21,710 nucleotides of DNA, taken from a virus. Below the pieces are notes generated by a model, which made no database searches, was not told the DNA's origin, and was given only the letters and a program-made list of their open reading frames with translations. Positions within the stretch are counted from its first letter, which is position 1. Each line of letters begins with the position of its first letter. The stretch lies in the IMG/VR virus record IMGVR_UViG_3300047160_003350, positions 1-21,710 of that record; one strand, given 5' to 3'. Position numbers and translations under genes: made by a program. Positions 1 through 5,709 of this stretch are shown here, in pieces.

Positions 1-97
1 TCGGCGACCTCGACGTGGGCGACCCCGTCGTCGGTCCGCCACGCCGCGACAACCGCGGCGTCGGAGCGGTCGACGGCGACGTCGAAGCCGAGAGCGA
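1..97. repeat. Terminal direct repeat, copy 1 (identical to 21614..21710)
   Basis: Read directly: tcggcgacctcgacgtgggcgaccccgtcg...gtcgaagccgagagcga is present at both window ends, 97/97 identical. It lies inside one continuous minus-strand reading frame (terL), so it behaves as a circularisation overlap. Confidence 0.95.
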
Positions 98-935
98 CCG
101 TGCCGGGGCCGGGAAGCTCGGCCGGTTTCTCGGCCGCGGCGCGCCACTGCTCGAGGGGGATAACCCGGGCCTGGGCGTTCACCCACCGGTTCCCGTAGGC
201 CCGGGCGAAACCGTCGGGTCCCATCTGGTCGAGGGCGGCGACCATGGCCTCTTCGCCGATGGTGCGGCCGTAGGCGGGATGGTAAACCGGCCACGACCCC
301 GGATGGCAAGGGTCGAGCTCGGGCGGGCAGGACCACTCGAAGTAGCACATCCCCGAGTCGCGGCCCTCGGCGACGGCGGCCCGCCCGGCCTCGGTCGTGC
401 CGAGCCACCATGTCGACCGGTCCGTCCCGGCGGTCGACACTTTCCAAACCTGGGCGTTCGGTTTCGTCGCCTGGGTCGGCACGATGGCCTGATCGATCGC
501 CTCGCCGGCGATCAGATCGAATTTCCAGCACTCGTCGACCACGACCATGTCCGACGTTTTGGAGTGCAGCCCGGACTCGTTGGGCGGGAACGGCCGGATC
601 AGCCCGGCCGACCTGCGCCATTTCACGTGTTCGGACCCGGCCATGCGGCGCAACGCCACCTCCGCCCCGAAACCGGACAAAAGTGGCCAGAACTCGTTGG
701 TCAGCCAATCGACCGCGTCTTTCGCCGACTGCATGGTGAACCACACCCGGCCGCGAGGCACGACCAGCGCCCGATGGTTCATCGCCGCCCCGTCGAGCGT
801 CGTCTTACCCGACTGGCGGGGGACGGTCACCAAAACGGTCTTGTAGGCGAAACGGCCGTCGTCGAGGACCTCCAGGGCGACGTCGGCAACGTACGCCTGC
901 CATGGCATGAACGGCCGGCCCATCGCCTTGGCCAC
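1..935 (-). CDS. terL: Terminase large subunit, N-terminal ATPase part (gene continues at 21613 down to 21211)
   Basis: The minus frame is open to the window edge, so it is missing from the ORF track. Own translation from GTG 935 (alternative ATG 923): ..AKAMGRPFMPWQAYVADVALEVLDDGRFAYKTVLVTVPRQSGKTTLDGAAMNH.. Walker A PRQSGKTT is at 798-821. ..SDMVVVDECWKF.. gives Walker B at 525-545. The frame continues ..PGTVALGFDVAVDRSD.. across the junction. Total about 446 aa if GTG 935 is the start. The start codon is uncertain. Confidence 0.9.
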   Translation of the reverse strand, partial: MAKAMGRPFMPWQAYVADVALEVLDDGRFAYKTVLVTVPRQSGKTTLDGAAMNHRALVVPRGRVWFTMQSAKDAVDWLTNEFWPLLSGFGAEVALRRMAGSEHVKWRRSAGLIRPFPPNESGLHSKTSDMVVVDECWKFDLIAGEAIDQAIVPTQATKPNAQVWKVSTAGTDRSTWWLGTTEAGRAAVAEGRDSGMCYFEWSCPPELDPCHPGSWPVYHPAYGRTIGEEAMVAALDQMGPDGFARAYGNRWVNAQARVIPLEQWRAAAEKPAELPGPGTVALGFDVAVDRSDAAVVAAWRTDDGVAHVEVA

Positions 936-966
936 CTGGGCGACCGCCCCGCCGTATGTCAGACGG

Positions 967-1278
967 TCAGGGCGGCGTGGGGTCGCTACCGCCGGTCCCG
1001 GCCCCCATGAGTCCGGCCATGAAAGCGTCGAACCCGTCGACCGGTTTCGTTTGGCCTCCGACCGTGAGGCCCGCAGCCTGGCGGAGGTCGAGGTAGGCGA
1101 CATTCGCCCGGCTCACCTGGTCCGGGTCGGCGCGGGCCTCGGCCACGTCGACCGCCCGGGCCTGGGCCCGCAGCGCGGCCCGCTCGGCTGGTGATACCTC
1201 ACGATGGTCGAGCAGGTCCGCCTCGAGGGCCCGCTCGACTCGGCCTCTTTTGTCCTCCGGTCGCTTGCGTTCACTCAC
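967..1278 (-). CDS. terS: Putative terminase small subunit (103 aa)
   Basis: GTG start at 1278, sitting between the HNH gene and terL. Charged helical N-terminus and Gly-rich tail. Assigned by position and size only. Confidence 0.5.
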   Translation of the reverse strand: MSERKRPEDKRGRVERALEADLLDHREVSPAERAALRAQARAVDVAEARADPDQVSRANVAYLDLRQAAGLTVGGQTKPVDGFDAFMAGLMGAGTGGSDPTPP

Positions 1279-1320
1279 AATCCCGCCCGGATCCGGTCAA
1301 ACCCCGGCCTGGCCGGTTCG

Positions 1321-1436
1321 ATTCGAAAGAAAATGAAAGAGCGCTCGGGGTGCGAGGACCGACCCGCCGGAAAAAACCGGGGTTGATTTTTTTTTTTCAA
1401 AACTTTTCAAAACTTTTTTTGGGTTTTCTTTCACTT
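1321..1436. promoter_or_regulatory. AT-rich, phased T-tract block; candidate cos/pac recognition or late regulatory region
   Basis: T11 run at 1387-1397. Tandem CAAAACTTTT at 1398-1407 and 1408-1417. T7 run at 1414-1420, then TTTT/TTT tracts at roughly 10-nt spacing. CCGG-A6-CCGG at 1367-1380. Palindrome GAGCGCTC at 1340-1347. Strong compositional outlier in a GC-rich genome, lying between HNH and terS. Confidence 0.5.
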
Positions 1437-1721
1437 TCAGAACCTGGTGACGTAGTCGGCGACCCCCGTGTGATACTGCCATCTGCGCGCGTTACCCACG
1501 TCGCCGCCTGCCCGACTGTTGCACCTGTGGCACGCCGCCCGCAGGTTGGCGGGATCCCAACAGTTCCCGCCGTCCGCCCGGGCCATGATGTGATCGACAG
1601 TGGTCGCCACACCCAGACACCCGGCCAGTCGCATCTGGCACCGGTGACCGTCACGGTCCAACACCCACAACCTCAGCGCACGCCACTGCCGTGTCGCTAG
1701 CCGCCTGTCATGGCTAGTCAT
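1437..1721 (-). CDS. HNH endonuclease (94 aa)
   Basis: DGHRCQMRLAGC...VDHIMARADGGNCWDPANLRAACHRCNS carries the H-N-H and Cys-pair motifs. Typical position next to the terminase genes in HK97-like cos phages. Confidence 0.9.
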   Translation of the reverse strand: MTSHDRRLATRQWRALRLWVLDRDGHRCQMRLAGCLGVATTVDHIMARADGGNCWDPANLRAACHRCNSRAGGDVGNARRWQYHTGVADYVTRF

Positions 1722-1774
1722 CGGTGATCCCGCATCTCGAGATCCCTAGTGCCGTACTTATCCGGGCTAGCCAT
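1718..1774 (-). CDS. 18-codon upstream ORF (MASPDKYGTRDLEMRDHR) coupled to the HNH start by an ATGA overlap
   Basis: ATG at 1774-1772 is preceded by AGGA with a 6-nt spacer. TGA at 1720-1718 overlaps the HNH ATG (1721-1719). Carries copy A of the conserved start box. Confidence 0.35.
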   Translation of the reverse strand: MASPDKYGTRDLEMRDHR

Positions 1775-1786
1775 TAGCCATCCTGT

Positions 1787-1823
1787 GGTCCCATTGGGAC
1801 CACTTATGTGGTACAATGGGACC
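1787..1823 (+). promoter_or_regulatory. Promoter and operator of the plus-strand cassette
   Basis: Extended -10 TGgTACAAT at 1809-1817, then 7 nt to ATG 1825, which predicts a leaderless mRNA. Perfect palindrome GGTCCCA-T-TGGGACC at 1787-1801 over the -35 region. A third half-site TGGGACC at 1817-1823 abuts the -10. Confidence 0.6.
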
Positions 1824-1824
1824 A

Positions 1825-1986
1825 ATGATTACGGTAGAGCTTGAGCGAGTCGAAGGCCTGGAAATGCTGGCAATGGTCCTAGCCCATCTGAACGTGGCCG
1901 AGGCCAGGGCCGACCTATCTCCCCGGGTGCCGATGCTCATGGCGATTCGCGACAAGCTCGCCCTTGCCCTTCGGGAGGAGCCATGA
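1825..1986 (+). CDS. Hypothetical helical protein (53 aa)
   Basis: Own translation: MITVELERVEGLEMLAMVLAHLNVAEARADLSPRVPMLMAIRDKLALALREEP*. ATGA overlap with the next gene (1983-1986). Too short to appear in the ORF track. Third-position GC is somewhat lower than in neighbouring genes. Confidence 0.55.
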   Translation: MITVELERVEGLEMLAMVLAHLNVAEARADLSPRVPMLMAIRDKLALALREEP

Positions 1987-2225
1987 GCTACAACGAGGCC
2001 GACATCGCGGTGGCGTCCGCGGCGATGGAGAAGCATCGGATCGCGGACGGCGAAGTCGGCGCAGCCCTGGTCGTGGTGGGCTTGAGCGCGGACCGGGTGG
2101 AGAAGGAGGCCGCCATTCGGGATGACATGATCCGGATCGCTCATCGCAGCGGCGCCTCTCTGCGCCAGCTGGCCGAGGTGTCGGGATTGAACCGCAAGAC
2201 CATCACCACGATCGTCAATTCCTGA
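1983..2225 (+). CDS. Small DNA-binding protein with C-terminal helix-turn-helix (80 aa)
   Basis: ORF track. ASLRQLAEVSGLNRKTITTIV is a resolvase/sigma-region-4-like HTH. High third-position GC in this frame. Confidence 0.7.
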   Translation: MSYNEADIAVASAAMEKHRIADGEVGAALVVVGLSADRVEKEAAIRDDMIRIAHRSGASLRQLAEVSGLNRKTITTIVNS

Positions 2226-2256
2226 TAGATGTGGTCCGGTGGCCAGGTGCCCGGCA

Positions 2257-2478
2257 TCACACCGCCCCCGAACTGCCGTTATGGGATGCACTGTGCTGAC
2301 GCTTCGCTTCCCTGGCCTCATCGGGGTCGCCGTAGAGGTTTACCGTGCCGTGCTGGGAGCATTCGACTCCCCACAACTGTTGGTAGCCGTCGTTCGAGGC
2401 GACGTGCCAGATCGTGATAACGGCCCCAGAGTCGGCGTTAGGGGATTCCTGATAAGTGGGCTTATCAGGACTAGACAT
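2257..2478 (-). CDS. Hypothetical protein (73 aa)
   Basis: ORF track. ATG 2478 overlaps the methyltransferase stop by 8 nt (ATGTCTAG). Carries copy B of the start box. Confidence 0.6.
   Translation of the reverse strand: MSSPDKPTYQESPNADSGAVITIWHVASNDGYQQLWGVECSQHGTVNLYGDPDEAREAKRQHSASHNGSSGAV
2447..2470. repeat. Perfect inverted repeat TCCTGATAAG-TGGG-CTTATCAGGA
   Basis: 10-bp arms at 2447-2456 and 2461-2470 with a 4-nt loop. Begins one base after the C5-MTase stop codon and covers codons 3-10 of the 73-aa ORF. Confidence 0.9.
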
Positions 2479-3172
2479 CGGCCAACGCCCCGATCAACTG
2501 GCGGCCGATCCATTCCGTGTAGGCGGGCGGGATCGCTTCACGCAGCTCGTCCCAGGTCATCCAGTCAATGCCCATCGCTTCGGCGCCTTCGGCGAGCGAG
2601 CGGGCAGCCCGTTGGGTGGTGCGGGAGTTGAGTCGACGACCGTCTGGCTTGTTGCCATATACGCCGATCCTGTCGATACCGCGGCAGCCGCGGCCTGGCG
2701 ACAAGATGAGCGTGTTCGACTCGAACAGGCGCGGTCGGTGGACGCCAAGCCCGAACATGGCGCCGGCCAGGATCAGGGTTGCTTCCATTTTCCATACCGC
2801 GCCGACGACGTTCTCGAGCACCCACGGAACCCCGATGTTCCCCAATCGCTCACGCGTCGGGCCGATCAGGTCGGGGTGATTGTCAGCGGCGCCACCTTTC
2901 CCGCGCCAACGGTTGCTGGTCTGCGTATAGGCCTGGCATGGCGGGCTGGCGTGGATCGCATCGAACGGGATGCCTTCACCATCAGTCAGGTAGGTGTCCA
3001 GTAGCGCCAGGGCGTCGAGTTGGAAGAACTCGTCGCCGCAGTAGTTCGGTTGCGGGTCGATGTCGACGCCGACCACGTAGAACCCGGCGCGCTGGTACCC
3101 CTTCGCGGCGCCGCCGGCCCCGCAGAACATGTCAAGCAGTCGCGGATAATGGGCCTTATCGGGACTAGCCAT
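2471..3172 (-). CDS. DNA (cytosine-5) methyltransferase, compact form (233 aa)
   Basis: Motif I LDMFCGAGG, motif IV ASPPCQ, motif VI WVLENV, motif VIII HRPRLF, C-terminal AIPPAYTEWIG. The variable/target-recognition segment is very short. Confidence 0.9.
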   Translation of the reverse strand: MASPDKAHYPRLLDMFCGAGGAAKGYQRAGFYVVGVDIDPQPNYCGDEFFQLDALALLDTYLTDGEGIPFDAIHASPPCQAYTQTSNRWRGKGGAADNHPDLIGPTRERLGNIGVPWVLENVVGAVWKMEATLILAGAMFGLGVHRPRLFESNTLILSPGRGCRGIDRIGVYGNKPDGRRLNSRTTQRAARSLAEGAEAMGIDWMTWDELREAIPPAYTEWIGRQLIGALADV

Positions 3173-3326
3173 AGTCGCCTCGCTCGAAGTGCCAGTCGTC
3201 GTGTTCGTCGCGGGCGTCCTGGCCGGCCGCGATGAGGCCGCACACCTGGCAGCGGTAGCACACCTCGCCGTAGGGCACGGTGTGGCCCACGATGTCGAAT
3301 CGCTGATAACCGGGGTTATGCGTCAT
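3165..3326 (-). CDS. Small zinc-ribbon-like protein (53 aa)
   Basis: Own translation: MTHNPGYQRFDIVGHTVPYGEVCYRCQVCGLIAAGQDARDEHDDWHFERGDYG*. ATGA overlap with the upstream gene (3323-3326). Its TAG lies inside the methyltransferase start box. Confidence 0.55.
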   Translation of the reverse strand: MTHNPGYQRFDIVGHTVPYGEVCYRCQVCGLIAAGQDARDEHDDWHFERGDYG

Positions 3327-3775
3327 ATCCGCTCACCATCCAGCCAGTCGAACAGCTGCACCTCGTCAGCGATGGTGGCGCTGCCCCATCTGCCGTTTAC
3401 CACGATCTGCGGGCCGGCCAGTCGTGTCGCGCGGCGGCCCGATGTTGCGGCGTCGATCGGTCCTCGCATCACATACAGGCCGCTTCGCGGGTGTATCCGC
3501 ATGGTGCAGTCGATGTAGTGGGCGATGATGTCGTCAAGCAAGCGGTGGACCTCGGTTTGTGCGAACTTGGCGGCCTGGGTCGGTTGTTTGTGTTCGATGA
3601 AACGCAGCAGCCGCAACGATCTTTTGTAGCTGACGCCGTCGATGTCGCCGTAGGTGAAGGTTCGTTTCATGCGGTGGATGATCTGCCCGAGCGCGGACGC
3701 CGATTCGTACAGGTTGCGGTGGTCGCGGTGAATGAGCTCTTCGTCACAGTCGGGACAGAACGTGCGCCGGCACAT
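3323..3775 (-). CDS. Hypothetical protein, possible PD-(D/E)XK nuclease with N-terminal Cys cluster (150 aa)
   Basis: ORF track. CRRTFCPDCDE at the N-terminus. YGDIDGV...(about 16 aa)...FIEHK fits a D...ExK spacing. The motif-level guess is not verified. Confidence 0.4.
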   Translation of the reverse strand: MCRRTFCPDCDEELIHRDHRNLYESASALGQIIHRMKRTFTYGDIDGVSYKRSLRLLRFIEHKQPTQAAKFAQTEVHRLLDDIIAHYIDCTMRIHPRSGLYVMRGPIDAATSGRRATRLAGPQIVVNGRWGSATIADEVQLFDWLDGERI

Positions 3776-4791
3776 CAGAGATCGGCTCCGATGAACCGAC
3801 GACCGAACCGCAGCGCCGCCAGTCCTATGCTGCCCGATCCGGCGAACGGGTCCACGATCAGATCGCCGGGCGACGTCAACGCCGAAATGATGGGCTCAAG
3901 CTCGGCGACACCTTGCGCCCAGTCGTCGGTGTCACCGGTCGGGAGCGTCTTGCGGGGCGCGCTCCCGTCGATCCGGTCGGCGAGCATGAACCGGCCGCGC
4001 CGGTTGCCCCGCACAAACCACAGCAACGGTTTCCACCCGGCCGACACCCACTTACCGGGGATCATGGCCGTGCCGTGCTGGTGCAATAGGGCGATAGTCC
4101 ACCAGTAGCGCAGATGCTCGCCGAGCCGCTCGAGCGCATCGGGCAAGATCGACTGCCCGCAATAGGCGACCAGCGACCCGCCCGGTACCAGCCAGTCAGC
4201 TGACATCTTCGCCAGGTCGGACCATAGCGGCAGATACTCGGTCGGATAGGGCGGGTCGGTGAGCACCAGGGCGACCGACCCGGGCTCGACGTCGAGCACC
4301 TCTCGGAAATCGCCGTCGACTATCTCGACCTCGTCCGCGTCGACGTCAACCGCGTTGGCCTGGTCGACCGCCAGCAGCAGCGACCGCCGCGACCGCATTC
4401 CCTCGCGCACCAAACCGACCAGGAAATCTCGATAGCCGTAATACCGGCGGAACTCTTCGACCCGCTGAACGGGTATGAAAAGATCCGCGCGCGGATCTTT
4501 TTTGCCCCGTCCTGGGCCGGCACCGGGATTCGGACCGAGTCGCTGGCCGAGCTCGATCTCCACGAACATCTGCGCCGACTTGATTTCATTTTTCTCCTGG
4601 CCGTGACCATTCCACTTCTGGGCGAGCGCAGCGCATGTTGTGGCGGTATCCCAAAGGATCGCGGGGTCATCGACGTCAGGGCAACGCGCGAGCACCACCT
4701 CTGCGAACCCGGCGGGCACCATGCCCGGGCCTAGATCGGCGCGGACTAGTTGCCCATGCTCATCTTCCAGATAATCGGGATTCTCTGTCAT
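3775..4791 (-). CDS. DNA N6-adenine/N4-cytosine methyltransferase, beta-class order (338 aa)
   Basis: Start taken at ATG 4791 (MTENPDYLED), which has an ATGA overlap with the upstream gene. TDPPY (motif IV) precedes VDPFAGSGS (motif I). The longer 417-aa track ORF is a read-through of the neighbouring gene's alternative frame. Confidence 0.85.
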   Translation of the reverse strand: MTENPDYLEDEHGQLVRADLGPGMVPAGFAEVVLARCPDVDDPAILWDTATTCAALAQKWNGHGQEKNEIKSAQMFVEIELGQRLGPNPGAGPGRGKKDPRADLFIPVQRVEEFRRYYGYRDFLVGLVREGMRSRRSLLLAVDQANAVDVDADEVEIVDGDFREVLDVEPGSVALVLTDPPYPTEYLPLWSDLAKMSADWLVPGGSLVAYCGQSILPDALERLGEHLRYWWTIALLHQHGTAMIPGKWVSAGWKPLLWFVRGNRRGRFMLADRIDGSAPRKTLPTGDTDDWAQGVAELEPIISALTSPGDLIVDPFAGSGSIGLAALRFGRRFIGADL

Positions 4792-5396
4792 GCGTAGTCC
4801 TCGGGGCCTCTTAGTCGCCGCCGTGCTCGTTCGACCCAAAGCTGCATGTAGTCGGCGCGGGCGGGCCGGTCGGTTTCGGTGCTGTGGTCGGCGGGCCAGG
4901 TGCGGGCGAAGTCCCGGCGGCGTTGGCGCCACAGGTTGCGCCATTCGGGGTTGACGCAGCGGCACGGTTCGACGGTGTTGGCCCGGTCGGGCAGTTCGAC
5001 CCAGCCGGAACCTTCGCAAACCCGGCATTCGGGATCTACATCGCGGGTCGGGGGTTTGGGGTTATACCCCGATTTTCCTGCGGGGATCACAGGGGGATCG
5101 GGTTCGCGCTCGCACGCCCTCGCTCCTTGCGTCGCGTCCGAGCGTAATCCCTCTGTCAAGTCCCCCCCGGACTCTGTCACGTGCGTGAGAACGCGCACGG
5201 TAGCGGCACTCCAGCGTGTCGCCTTGTGAATGATGATTATCCGGCCGGAGCGCTCGAGCCGGCGTTGACTGTCGCTGATAGAGCGTTCGGACACGTCGAG
5301 TTCGCCGGCCTGGTCGCGAAGAGACATGATGACGGTGCCGTCGTGGTCGGCATGTCCGACGTACATGCGGTATAGGCGATCATCGAACGCGGTCAT
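4788..5396 (-). CDS. Winged-helix/HTH DNA-binding protein with CxxCxGxG zinc motif (202 aa); possible replication initiator or regulator
   Basis: SLRDQAGELDVSERSISDSQRRLERSGRIII is wHTH-like. ECRVCEGSGWVE...CRC is a Cys cluster. Confidence 0.55.
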   Translation of the reverse strand: MTAFDDRLYRMYVGHADHDGTVIMSLRDQAGELDVSERSISDSQRRLERSGRIIIIHKATRWSAATVRVLTHVTESGGDLTEGLRSDATQGARACEREPDPPVIPAGKSGYNPKPPTRDVDPECRVCEGSGWVELPDRANTVEPCRCVNPEWRNLWRQRRRDFARTWPADHSTETDRPARADYMQLWVERARRRLRGPEDYA

Positions 5397-5403
5397 GACT
5401 CGG

Positions 5404-5709
5404 TCATCGCAGGGTTCTTTCGATTTCGGCCCAGTCGGCCGGGCGCCACACGAACACCTCGAGCCCGGCGCAGCGGCCGAGCAGGTCGAGCCAGCGGTCC
5501 TGATCCGGGCTGGTTTTCCCCCGGTCGGATTTGATTTCGGCCAGCACGAGGCGGGGTGGGCGGCATATGGCCAGATCGGGCCAGCCGCGCGGCGAGCGGA
5601 TGGACAGCCACGGGTGGTAGACAGCCCAGCCGCGCAGGTGGGCGTAGTCGACGACCTGGGCCATGAACTGTTTCTCGGTTATCGATGGCAGCACCCGGGG
5701 GGCGGTCAT
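5404..5709 (-). CDS. VRR-NUC domain nuclease (101 aa)
   Basis: Start at ATG 5709 (ATGA overlap). EKQFMAQVVDYAHLRGWAVYH...GWPDLAI...VLAEIKSDRGKTSPDQDRW matches the VRR-NUC PD-ExK pattern. Confidence 0.8.
   Translation of the reverse strand: MTAPRVLPSITEKQFMAQVVDYAHLRGWAVYHPWLSIRSPRGWPDLAICRPPRLVLAEIKSDRGKTSPDQDRWLDLLGRCAGLEVFVWRPADWAEIERTLR

Noticed and set aside
15-1010. 331-aa plus-strand ORF and several nested plus-strand ORFs
   Set aside because: Gly/Arg/Pro-rich low-complexity translation. It lies antisense to a minus-strand frame carrying clear terminase Walker A/B motifs, so it is a typical high-GC shadow ORF.
1315-1325. GGTTCGATTCG resembling a tRNA T-loop (possible tRNA or tRNA-derived attP core)
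   Set aside because: The flanking bases do not form a T-stem (GCCGG versus CGAAA). No acceptor stem or CCA-compatible context is present.
1367-1397. CCGG-A6-CCGG hairpin followed by T11, as a plus-strand intrinsic terminator
   Set aside because: The stem is only about 4-6 bp with a bulge, and no plus-strand gene lies upstream. It is reported only as part of the AT-rich block.
2226-2256. Possible bidirectional terminator between the convergent 80-aa and 73-aa genes
   Set aside because: I found only 4-bp CCGG pairings, with no convincing stem or U-tract on either strand.
1767-2321. 184-aa minus-strand ORF
   Set aside because: It is antisense to the two plus-strand cassette genes, whose frames have the coding-like third-position GC. 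Its translation is Arg/His-rich with no motifs. Only its last codons (..ANG-TAG) matter, as part of the repeated start box.
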